DNA of 64,000 nucleotides, from assembly GCA_964016885.1 (NCBI GenBank), contig OZ024743.1, forward strand, positions 191,580,001 through 191,644,000, read 5' to 3'. Each line of letters starts with the position of its first letter. Positions within the stretch are counted from its first letter, which is position 1. A model generated the notes under the pieces. The model had not been told where the DNA came from, made no database searches, and was given only the letters and a program-made list of their open reading frames with translations. Positions 13,095 through 25,380 of this stretch are shown piece after piece. The stretch comes from Eledone cirrhosa. Its lineage: Eukaryota. A program made the translations under genes and the position numbers.

Positions 13095-16000
13095 AATATA
13101 TATATATATAAATATATAAATATATAAATAAATAAATATATAAATAAATATATACAGATTGATGTCATACTTGCGGCCCGTAAAACACCAATCACCTTTG
13201 AAGACCAATAATGGACCCGCAAAGATATGCAAAACAACTTCGACATTACCATGGGGTCTAGTGACTCGGCGCAGGTCACTGATTTAGTCGGCCTATATTT
13301 ACTTAACCAAATCCATAGGGACCTTCCTTACCTCAGCGGTGGTTTGTATTGCGACGATGTACTTCTACTTATAGATTATAAAAAATTCAATATAGAAAGA
13401 ACTAGAAAACTATCGCACAAAACATTCAAAAACTATAACCTTAGTATTACCATGGACAAAAAGACGAAAAACGTCAACTTCCTAGACGCCACACTCTACC
13501 TAGACTCAATGATATATGCACCTTTCCACAAATCTAATGAAAAACTCATCTACGTAGATACCAAGTCTAACCACCCTAAATCTATATTGAACTCTATCTC
13601 TAAGGGAGTATCTAATAGAATCTCTAATCTATCCTATGACATAAACACATTTAACAATAACTCGCAGTATTATAATCAGGCACTAGCTAGATCAGGCCAT
13701 AATACAGGGATAGAGTTCCTACATACAAAAACACATAGCTACAACATTATTTCACACAACTTGTCCATGGGAAAATTTAATAATAGGAATAGCAACCACA
13801 CACACACTAATAGAGATTATAACAACAAAAGTAACCCACACCACAGAAATTACCATAGTAACATTAAAGGAAACAAATCACCAGACATAAAAAACAGAAA
13901 TAGAAGAAGAAATAATACATTTTTCAATCTAAACGTCTCTACCAACCTACCTAGGGCTTTCTTCTCACTACTGGATAAACACTTCCCATCCGGCCACAGG
14001 TACCATAGCCTTTTAGACAAAAACACTATTAAAATCTCATAATCTACTACGCCTAACTTAGCATACCACATAGCTAGTAGCAATAAAAGAAAAATTAATT
14101 CTTACTTCCAACAAACTAAATCACAACAGACGATAAACCTTCAAAATAACATTCAAAATAACATTATAGCAACTAACCATAATATCAATAGAAATAATAG
14201 TATTAGTACTAGTGTAAACATTAACGCTGCGAACGACAACCCACATAACCATAACCCTATAGCTAACATCCAAACTTCTACACAGCATAGTAACCAGCAG
14301 ACTAACACCCAGAATAATTGTAACTGTAGATCAAATAGAACCTGACCTTTAGATAAAAAATGCTTAACCAAGGATATCATATACTCATGTACAGTCGCAA
14401 CTAACAACTCTTCTGAAACCTATATAGGCTCTACTTCTAACTGCTTCAGAACTAGATACAATTCGCACCTCCACTCTTTCAAAAAACACAGTCTAGCCAA
14501 CTCCACTTCACTATCTAGCTAGATACACTATCTAAAAACTAAAAATAAAATATATACACTTAAATGGGAAGTGGTAGGTAGTGCAATATCGTACAAACCA
14601 CCTAATAAATGTTGTAACCTCTGTCTACTAGAGACCCTTACTATCATCTTCTCTAACCATAATCTCCTTAATAAAAAAATCAGAAGTGTTCGCATCTTGC
14701 CAACACCGCTTCCGACACTCTTTCCAAAACTTTAAACCCTATATATAACAATGTCAGACTGGAACCGTCACCACCCCTAGCAATTAGCATCAGTAGCACA
14801 CCTTACACCTCATCTCCACACCCATTTATATACTCTAAAGGTAATACTGGCAGCATTATAGTACCATCTACCCTGGGGATACCCCCATGTACTTCTAATT
14901 CTGATATCTCAGCCGTGGATTACTTAAACTGCATTGCACAAATATATGATTAATATAAACTGTAGACACGGTATTGGTTGTGCTAACATAATCCTGTGCA
15001 TGGAGTGCCACCATGAGATAGATTGATGATTAAGTAAGTAATCTTATTATTATGTGACTATATATTATATACGATCAGTACAATGAATTATGCACAGGTG
15101 ATACATGAGTTAGGAGTTTCTGTGTTGCTTGATGACCTGGTTAGTATCTTTTGATGAGAGAACTGGTCCCCGGACCACCCTGGTGAATTTACTGGGGATG
15201 CAGTCATACAATGACCCGAAACTTGCCGGGAGTCTTGTATGATAATAAGACCATTATTAGTAATAAGACCCTTATTAGTAGTGAGACCCATATAATTAAT
15301 TTTGTAGTCTGACTCTTCTTATAGATTGTCCAGGTGTGGCACTCCATATTAGATTGTAATCATCATGATATGAACTCCTTTAGTACTTATTAATAGACTC
15401 CACTCTAATTTGTAGATAAGATACCTCATTTAATTTATATATGAGATGAGAGTTTATGTATTGCTTGGTGGCCAGACTGGTGACTTTATATGGGAGATTT
15501 GATCTCCAGATTGTAATCATCATGATATGAACTCCTTTAGTACTTATTAATAGACTCCACTCTAATTTGTAGATAAAATACCTAATTTAATTTATATATG
15601 AGATGGGAGTTTATGTATTGCTTGATAGCCAGACTGGTGTCTTTATATGAGAGATTTGATCTCCAGACCACCCTGGAGATATTCAGATTTACCAAGGATT
15701 CAGACATACAATGCCCCAGAGCTTACCGGGAGTCATATATAATAATAGGACCATGCCAGGTCCTGCGGGAGGAATTACACTTACAAAGAACATTGATTTG
15801 GGGGTCTGACTCTTATAGAATGTTCAGATATGACACCCCTTAATAGAAGGTAATCATCCTGATATATACACCTTTAGTACTTCTTAATAGACAACACTGT
15901 AACCTATAGATAAGTAACATAATCTAGAAATTAGTTATAACAGCATATGATAGGCACTTATTTGACACACCATTAATGTAATTTAGGATAATAAATTTAA

Positions 16001-16532
16001 CTAAGAAAACCAGCTAGTTACCTCCCCTTACGCATTAATTCCCCTTGGTCATACACACACTTCCGGAATATAATATCATCACACAAAACTAAACAACATG
16101 ATCTATTAATTAAGAATCGACAAGATACGGTTTATAACTTGGTTATATGCTGAACCATCGTGAATTATATGATAGACCCGTGGTCTATATATTGCGTCTC
16201 ATGGATTATGTGAGTGGTGGTGTGCGCGAAGACAGTGGTACTGATTTGCCTACGATATAATGTTTTATATGTTTGATATTTTTGATATTTTGGTGTTTCT
16301 CTACATTCGGGACTGTATATCATACAGGTGTATGCGAAAAAATGATTTAATGATTCAGCCCACATAATGATATCGATTGCCTGCTTCAACTGCCTGACCC
16401 TGCAAGTAACAATCTGACGCACTCTAATCCTGTATAAATAAGACACGCGTGCATGCTACACGTGAGATTGTTTCATACACTGACTACTCTTAACTTTCCT
16501 CTTGCTTTATCTTCATAAACTGCCAATGCTTC

Positions 16533-16992
16533 ATTTTTATTTTTATTTTTATTTTTATTTTTATTTTTATTTTTATTTTTATTTTTATTTTTATTTTTAT
16601 TTTTATTTTTATTTTTATTTTTATTTTTATTTTTATTTTTATTTTTATTTTTATTTTTATTTTTATTTTTATTTTTATTTTTATTTTTATTTTTATTTTT
16701 ATTTTTATTTTTATTTTTATTTTTATTTTTATTTTTATTATTTTTATTTTTATTTTTATTTTTATTTTTATTTTTATTTTTATTTTTATTTTTATTTTTA
16801 TTTTTATTTTTAATTTTATTTTTATTTTTATTTTTATTTTTATTTTTATTTTTATTTTTATTTTTATTTTTATTTTTATTTTTATTTTTATTTTTATTTT
16901 TATTTTTATTTTTATTTTTATTTTTATTTTTATTTTTATTTTTATTTTTATTTTTATTTTTATTTTTATTTTTATTTTTATTTTTATTTTTA
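16533..16992. repeat. (TTTTTA)n microsatellite inside PLE 3' UTR
   Basis: Direct reading. Confidence 0.97.
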
Positions 16993-17122
16993 ACCTTTAT
17001 ATGTAAATTGCCATGCTATATCATTTTGATGGATGTCATCCCACTGTGGATCAATATGTAGCATATGTTTTTATATGTCTCTTGTGTTGAAAAGGAGATC
17101 AAGTATGTTATAGATCACTAAA

Positions 17123-17177
17123 TATTTGCTCCGAAGAAACCAAACCTCGGTTTGGAGGAAACAATTGTAAGCAAATA
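17123..17177 (+). ncRNA. Type I hammerhead ribozyme, CCGAAGA core variant
   Basis: Stem I tatttgct/agcaaata; stem II ccaaacc/ggtttgg; GAAA; palindromic stem III ACAATTGT; GUA site. Confidence 0.8.
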
Positions 17178-17396
17178 AATGATTTAAACTGAACTTTGAT
17201 TATTGTAAACTCTATATAACTGCTCTGTAAAACAACCGATGTTATTACATTGAGCTATTTATCTTACTGGTAATAAGATAGTAATTAATGACTATCTTTC
17301 ACTATTTAGGGTTTGTATAAAAAATATATAAGCATAAAAGGTTTAATTACATACATAACCATAAATAGTATCCTTAATACTATATATATATATATA

Positions 17397-17430
<34 letters not shown>

Positions 17431-17431
<1 letters not shown>

Positions 17432-17796
17432 TAGAAATTATAAGCTTTCGCCGTATTTTTAGATTAAAGAAATTTCTAGCCTGATAGTGGGGTTTATAAC
17501 CCTCGGAGAAATGGAAAAAGATGAGTGTTGCCGTACATGGGAGTCGAACCCACATCTTTGATTAACCAGACCACTGTGCTACCATTACACCAATACACAT
17601 GCCATCTCCTTCCATTCGAATTAGAAGCTATGAACTTAGCAAGTGAATGATAAACAAGCAAATTATAAACGTAAACATGTAAGTATGTTTTTGAAACGGT
17701 GCGCTAGTTTGAAATTAGAAATTAGAAATTATAAGCTTTCACCGTATTTTTAGACTATACCTACTATCAGGCTAGAAATTTCTTTAGTCTAAAAAT
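17431..17796 (-). mobile_element. ~370-bp non-autonomous element with internal tRNA-like module (17529-17599), copy 1
   Basis: A-box TGGTGTAATGG and B-box GGTTCGACTCC on minus strand; ~35-bp direct and ~33-bp inverted subterminal repeats; in (TA)n. Confidence 0.8.
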
Positions 17797-17958
17797 ATAA
17801 TATATAAATATATATATATATATATATATGGAAAATTATATTTAAATTGTTGGGTTACAACTAGTAAATATTTATAACTGATATAAAAGCAGTCAACAAG
17901 TATTTGGAGTATATTTACGATATTAAATAAATGGAAACTATATTTATAAAACCATATT

Positions 17959-18024
17959 TATTTCATTATATATATTTCAGGGATATCATATTAACAATAT
18001 GTTATGCCTTCTTCAGACAAAATA
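17959..18024 (-). ncRNA. Type I hammerhead ribozyme (inverted pLTR copy)
   Basis: Reverse complement of 22135-22200. Confidence 0.85.
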
Positions 18025-18853
18025 CAATATAGACAGTTTTATAAATAAATAGATTTGACATACCGTTCAACATCGACTTGTATTTGAAAAGTTGATTTGG
18101 CTGTGAAAAATTGTAAACAGAAAGAAAGAAAGAAAGAAGGAAAGAAAGAAAGAAAACGAAGAAAAAGAAGAAATGCATGCAACTAAATAGAGAGATGGAA
18201 AGATAGATAAAGAGAAGAACTTCATGTAAAGAAACAGAGAGAGATATATAGAGAGAGGAAATAGATAGAGATAGATATATATAGAGAAAAGTAGGTAGTT
18301 GAACATCCGTTGAATGACGTATCAATGATACATTTATTTATTTATTTATTTATTTAGCTCTAGTATTAATGTAAGGGAGATATATGTGGTTAGGAGAGAA
18401 ACCAGCCGTTATATATAGAGAAAAAATGAAAAGTAACCAGACATAGGCGAGGCAGAATTTAAAAACCCTATGTTTCAATGTAGAAATATTAGTTCGTATA
18501 AAAAACAGGCACTATAATGTAAATATCAGTATTCATGAATGAGACACGTATCTATAATGTGTGAAAAGTAATGATCTTATGTCTAGTTTTAAAAATTCAT
18601 ATGTTTATATGATAACTACAAACATCGATGTGAATTTACGTGATCAACTCTGCAAACTCCTATTTCACACGGAGAACATTCTCATTGTGCTATAAAAATT
18701 TAAGTATACATATATGTGTATATATACACATATATATAGAGTCTATATTAATTTTAACAATACTATTCTTGTCTTTACTCTACATGATTATCTATCAAGC
18801 AGAAATAGAGAACAGATTTCAATATATTAATAAAAAATATCAGAAACAAAAAA

Positions 18854-20853
18854 CTGACTTTGAAAACGATATAATTTCTATCATACAAGGAGTCAAATTC
18901 AAGAGAAACTTCAAAGGCCAGGAATATCTGAAAGGCATTAAAGATAATATTGAGAGCTTAGAGAAAACTGAGAAGATCTTGGTGAAATCTGACAAGACCA
19001 ACAACCTCTATGGAGTGCAGAAAGATATGTATAATGGCCTCATACTGAAAGAACTGAGGAAAAAGTACAAGGTAGCAGATAAGGCCTAGCTTGAGAAAAT
19101 GAATGTTGAAGCATCTTGTATAATGCACGAGTTGGAAATTGAGAACAGAACACAACCTTTCGTGCCCAGGAAACCGAAGATCAATATGAAAGATCACAAA
19201 AGGAATTTTGAAAATGACTTGCCAGTTAGATTGATCGCACCATCAAAATCGGACCTGGGTAAATTAAGCAAAAACATTCTTGACAGGGTGATACAGCAAA
19301 TTAAAAACTTGGATTGTTTACCTAACCTGAGCTTGTGGAAGGGAACTGGAGAGGTTGTTGAGTGGTTTAAGCAAATTAAATATAACAATAATAATAAGTT
19401 TATTCAACTTGATATTGCTAACTATTATTCTTCTATTACCCCTAATCTACTAAATAAGGCACTAAATTACGCATTCAAACATACAGACCTAACTAGCAAT
19501 GAAATGCACATTATATTATCGGCTAGGAAAACATTGATAGAATTTAATGACCAACTATGGACCAGAGCAGATAGAGATAGCAATTTTGAAATTACTATGG
19601 GATCATCCGACTCAGCTCAGGTAACTGACCTTGTGGGCTTATTTTTAATCAATTCGCTGCATAGGAAATTACCTGGTACTACCGGAGGTTTATATAGAGA
19701 TGACATGCTTTTACTTATTGATAATAATAACTCTGAACTAAATAGAAAAAGAAAACAAATTACACAATTTTTTAATTACTTTAATCTAAAAATAGAAATT
19801 GAGAATAACCATAGAATAGTCAATTTCCTAGATATAACATTAAATCTCAACACATGTCTTCACTATCCATTTCACAAGTTGAATGAAAACTTAAACTATG
19901 TCAGCTTTAACTCTAACCACCCCAGATCTGTTAAAAATACTATAGTAAACTCTGTTCAAAAACGTATCTCTAGAATCTCGTCTAATAGAAAGATTTTCGA
20001 CGAAAAAGCCCAGTACTACAATGAAGCGTTAGCTAGAGCAGGATATAGTGATAAAATTATGTACATAGATAATGATAGACAAACTAAACAAAATAACAAC
20101 TATTTGAATTACGGCCACAACCTTAACAACTATAATAGAAAGCATTACAATAATTCCAAAAGCCAAAAAAGAAATAGAACTAGGAACATAATATGGTTTG
20201 CCCCCCCTTTCTCACTAAACATTAAAACCCACATCGCTAAACTATTTTTTAAAGCTCTTGATAATCGCTTCCCTAGAACACATAGGTATCACTCAATTTT
20301 CAATAGACATACTATAAAATTAACCTACTCATCCACCAAAAATTTAGCACAAAATATTAATAGAATAAATAATAGGGACTTAAAACCTAGCGATAATAGC
20401 ATAAATAATATACAAGTTAACAAATGTAACTGTAGAGATAGATCTAAATGTCCGTTAAATAACAACTGCTTAGTTAAAAATATAATATACAACTGTAATG
20501 TTAAAACGGACTCTAATTCTTTTAACTACGTTGGTTCCACATCGACGGAATTTAAACTTCGCTATAATAACCACAAGAATTCTTTCACAGATCCAAGCAA
20601 AAAATCTTCAACAGCACTATCAGGCGTACTCTGGCAACTTATGCAAGATAACGTTAGATATTCGACGGCTTGGAATATAGTCTCAAGAGGGATTCCTTTT
20701 AATTCATCCTCTGAGACATGTGACCTCTGCGCGGAGGAGATATTCTTTATACTAAAATCTAAAAATTCCCTTAATCTACGGACAAATTTATTCAGTTGCT
20801 GCAAACATAGATTGAACTCAACTTTTAAATATAAATTTAAATTTAAAATGTAG
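18854..20853 (+). pseudogene. Naiad PLE RT + GIY-YIG endonuclease, 5'-truncated, one in-frame TAG at 19087
   Basis: VKSDKTNNLY, RLIAPSKS, GLYRDD, CNCRDRSKCPL, IIY..YVGST..FKLRYNNH, CDLC, CKH; the paralog at 61.5 kb has Glu at the TAG position. Confidence 0.92.
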
Positions 20854-22134
20854 TATATTTAGTTTGATTTGTAATTATTTATGAAACTAGCCGATAAATC
20901 TTTCGATTTCTTCTTTCTATTCTTCTTTTTATTTTTATTTTAAACATTCTTCATGAAAAATTAAACTACCCTAAAAGTTGATGCTCCAAATATATCGAAT
21001 AAATGTTACACTAGATAAACTTCTATATTAAATATAAGAACATATGTAGACCAAATGGGTATCCTAAACTTTTGAAATGATTTCTGCTAGACGTGATTTG
21101 GTAAATAATTTTTAGTTTTATCTGTTTTCGACTCTGATGCTTATAATGAACTTGGCAATATATTGTCAATTAATTTTGAAAGGTTGATCTTTTGTGGTCG
21201 ATTTGCGTGGCTTACTATGTTTTTATTATTTTAATATTTTAATATTTTTATTTTTAATATGTAATATTTTTTAGTTTTCTGTTTTATTTATTTATTATTA
21301 TTTTTTGTTTTTGTTTCTGATATTTTTATTAATATATTGAAATCTGTTCTCTATTTCTGCTTGATAGATAATCATGTAGAGTAAAGACAAGAATAGTATT
21401 GTTAAAATTAATATAGACTCTATATATATGTGTATATATACACATATATGTATACTTAAATTTTTATAGCACAATGAGAATGTTCTCCGTGTGAAATAGG
21501 AGTTTGCAGAGTTGATCACGTAAATTCACATCGATGTTTGTAGTTATCATATAAACATATGAATTTTTAAAACTAGACATAAGATCATTACTTTTCACAC
21601 ATTATAGATACGTGTCTCATTCATGAATACTGATATTTACATTATAGTGCCTGTTTTTTATACGAACTAATATTTCTACATTGAAACATAGGGTTTTTAA
21701 ATTCTGCCTCGCCTATGTCTGGTTACTTTTCATTTTTTCTCTATATATAACGGCTGGTTTCTCTCCTAACCACATATATCTCCCTTACATTAATACTAGA
21801 GCTAAATAAATAAATAAATAAATAAATGTATCATTGATACGTCATTCAACGGATGTTCAACTACCTACTTTTCTCTATATATATCTATCTCTATCTATTT
21901 CCTCTCTCTATATATCTCTCTCTGTTTCTTTACATGAAGTTCTTCTCTTTATCTATCTTTCCATCTCTCTATTTAGTTGCATGCATTTCTTCTTTTTCTT
22001 CGTTTTCTTTCTTTCTTTCCTTCTTTCTTTCTTTCTTTCTGTTTACAATTTTTCACAGCCAAATCAACTTTTCAAATACAAGTCGATGTTGAACGGTATG
22101 TCAAATCTATTTATTTATAAAACTGTCTATATTG

Positions 22135-22200
22135 TATTTTGTCTGAAGAAGGCATAACATATTGTTAATATGATATCCCTGAAATATATATAATGAAATA
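22135..22200 (+). ncRNA. Type I hammerhead ribozyme
   Basis: tattttgt-CTGAAGA-agg...cct-GAAA-tatata-TA-atgaaata; stem III is the palindrome ATATATAT. Confidence 0.87.
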
Positions 22201-22240
22201 AATATGGTTTTATAAATATAGTTTCCATTTATTTAATATC

Positions 22241-22273
<33 letters not shown>

Positions 22274-22284
22274 AAAACCTCACT

Positions 22285-22416
<132 letters not shown>

Positions 22417-22475
22417 TTATATATTTATATATATATATATAAATATATAAATTTATATATATATATATATTTATA

Positions 22476-22513
<38 letters not shown>

Positions 22514-22567
22514 TATAAATATATATATATATATATTTAAATATTTATATATGTATGTTTTTTTAAT

Positions 22568-22613
<46 letters not shown>

Positions 22614-22618
22614 TTATA

Positions 22619-22661
<43 letters not shown>

Positions 22662-22720
22662 TTATATATTTATATATATATATATAAATATATAAATTTA
22701 TATATATATATATATTTATA

Positions 22721-22758
<38 letters not shown>

Positions 22759-22766
22759 TATAAATT

Positions 22767-22818
<52 letters not shown>

Positions 22819-22870
22819 TATAAATATATATATATATATTTAAATATTTATATATGTATGTTTTTTTAAT

Positions 22871-22902
<32 letters not shown>

Positions 22903-22917
22903 TTATATATATTTATA

Positions 22918-22956
<39 letters not shown>

Positions 22957-22979
22957 TTATATATATATATATATTTATA

Positions 22980-23105
<126 letters not shown>

Positions 23106-23128
23106 TATATATATTTATATATATATAT

Positions 23129-24019
23129 AAGTAAAAATTAGCGAGAATCGAATTTCAGCCTATGAAATAACGAAAAAACACCTTCGAATTGTGAGGCAAG
23201 CGCTCAATAATTCAAAAGAATTAGAGCTTACAACTTACGTTAAAGGCCAAACACACTGAGATGGTGGTTAAACTAATTATCCACACAGCGAAGATTCGAT
23301 CTCCTATTTCGGGTCAAACTGATATACAGATATAAAAATATATGAAAGCATAAATGTTTTTTATTCACCGGACCCCTGGAATGATGGTAAAGTTCAGTGT
23401 TGGGGTTTCTGCGGCTCCATAGGTCATTTACTGTTCACTTACCTAAAGGATGTTAAGTTTCTCGTATCCTGACTGAACTAGGAGTGCGCGTTATCAACGG
23501 GATTCAGTTCTAAAGACCACACAGATGTGTCTGTAACTGACCGCACGTGGGGTTCAGCAAGGGAGGCAACACCTAAATTAGGCGAATGAATTCATCTGTG
23601 TATAATATTGCGAAAATGCAAAATATCACAAATCGAATGAAGCTCTCGACAGAGTGGTTAATTATAACAAAGCTATTCGGTAGTCAATAGAATAGACCAA
23701 AACCAGTCAATTAAATTAACTTTCCAATAGCTAGACTCTGGAGATTAATACAAGTAAAAATTAGCGAGAATCGAATTTCAGCCTATGAAATAACGAAAAA
23801 ACACTTTCGAATTGTGAGGCAAGCGCTCAATAATTCAAAAGAATTAGAGCTTACAACTTACGTTAAAGGCCAAACACACTGAGATGGTGGTTAAACTAAT
23901 TATCCACACAGCGAAGATGCGATCTCCTATTTCGGGTCAAACAGATATACAGATATAAAAATATATGAAAGCATAAATGTTTTATACTCACCGGACCCAT
24001 GGAATGATGGTAAAGTCCA
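23129..24019. mobile_element. Non-coding element with 268-bp direct terminal repeats (623-bp period) in (TA)n
   Basis: 23129-23396 matches 23752-24019; diverged solo homolog inverted at 35695-35915. Confidence 0.75.
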
Positions 24020-24102
24020 ATATATATATGTATTTATGTATTTATATATATATATATATATATTTATATATTTATATATTTATATATATATATAAATATA
24101 TA

Positions 24103-24134
<32 letters not shown>

Positions 24135-24284
24135 AATATGTAAATATATATATATAAATATATATATATATAAATATATATATAAATATATAAATATATA
24201 TATATAAATATATATATATATAAATACATAAATATATATATATGAATATATTTATATATATATATATAAATATATAAATATATA

Positions 24285-24377
<93 letters not shown>

Positions 24378-24382
<5 letters not shown>

Positions 24383-25340
24383 GAAAAATTAAACAGGGAC
24401 AGAACAGAGAGGCAGTACAATAAATGTTTATTAAATTCACGCTCAGGAGAGTGGGGGGTAGGTGGGGTACGACGTTTCGGGCATACGCCCTTCTTCAGGT
24501 GAGAAGTGTGTGGGAACAGAGTTCAAACGGTGTGTAGGGGAGTGGTGGAGAGACATATAGCGAAAGGAAACGGTGCGAATGAAAAATTAACAAATAAAGA
24601 CAAAAAATATAATAAATAAAAATAAAGCATGATCAAAATAGAAGGAATGAGAAAATTTAAAAATAAAGGCATGATCAAAATAAACTGAAATTAAAAGGGG
24701 GGTAAACAGGTGGTGGAAGGTTGTGGGGTGAGTAGGGGTGGTGGCGGGTGGAGTGGGGAGAGGGAGACGGGGTGTCCGAGCGGAGAGGGCAGAAGGTGGT
24801 GTGTGTGGTTAGGTGTGCGTGTGTGTGTGTGTGTGTGTATGTGAAAGTGAGGGTTGGGGGAAGAACGGGGTTGCATGTTCAGGAAGGTGTGTGTGGGGGG
24901 TGTTTTTGTGGGTCGGAGTGTCTGTGCGTGTGTGGATAGGGGTGGGGGGAGAGGAATCAGGAGGCTGAGGGTGTAAATATGTGGTGGGAAGCACGTGTGT
25001 GTGGTTTAAGCGTGTTGTGGGTGTGGGTGGCGTGTGGATAAAAAATGTTTTTGGGGTGTGTGTGTGGGTGAGTTATATAGGTGATGGTGTAAGAGGATGG
25101 TTGAAAAGTTGGTAAGTTCCACGGATGTTTGGAGATTTGGTTAGAAGTCAATTTCGCGTGTGTGTAATCCAAGAAGCGGTGGTCGGAAGAGGAGAGATGT
25201 GGGGTGCGCGCGCAACAGGAATGTGTCAGCAGTGGGAGTGCTGTGGTCAGTTGGTGCTGAGAGGTGGTCGGAAGGGCATAGCAGCAGTCGGTGGAATGGT
25301 AGGGAGGCGAGGATGGGTAGGTGTGAGAGTTGGAGTGAGG

Positions 25341-25380
<40 letters not shown>

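Larger units (their letters stand above)
13155..17380 (+). mobile_element. Naiad-like Penelope element, 5'-truncated and decayed, with long 3' UTR
   Basis: [25 protein letters not shown]...C, YIGST, CNLC motifs in 13155-14748 with several stops; HHR near 3' end. Confidence 0.88.
17830..22242 (+). mobile_element. Naiad-like Penelope element with ~935-bp inverted pLTR arms (17916-18853 / 21307-22242)
   Basis: Mirror ORFs on both strands in the ORF track; RT-GIY ORF between the arms; (TA)n flanks. Confidence 0.93.

Noticed and set aside
17431-17520. Hammerhead in the tRNA-module element (CTGATAG..GAAA; GAAAGCTTA)
   Set aside because: Core and stem I do not assemble on either strand
17529-17599. 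Functional tRNA gene
   Set aside because: Acceptor stem pairs poorly, the anticodon loop differs between copies, and the module is embedded in a dispersed repeat
18640-18853. N-terminal part of the 149-aa ORF as real protein
   Set aside because: It is the antisense of the 3' UTR in the inverted arm; coding similarity starts near 18854
19087-19089. Programmed TAG readthrough in Naiad ORFs (also 56206)
   Set aside because: The stops are at different positions, and the paralog has a sense codon at the 19087 position; ordinary nonsense mutations
23129-24019. Canonical LTR retrotransposon or TRIM
   Set aside because: No TG..CA termini, PBS or PPT recognised
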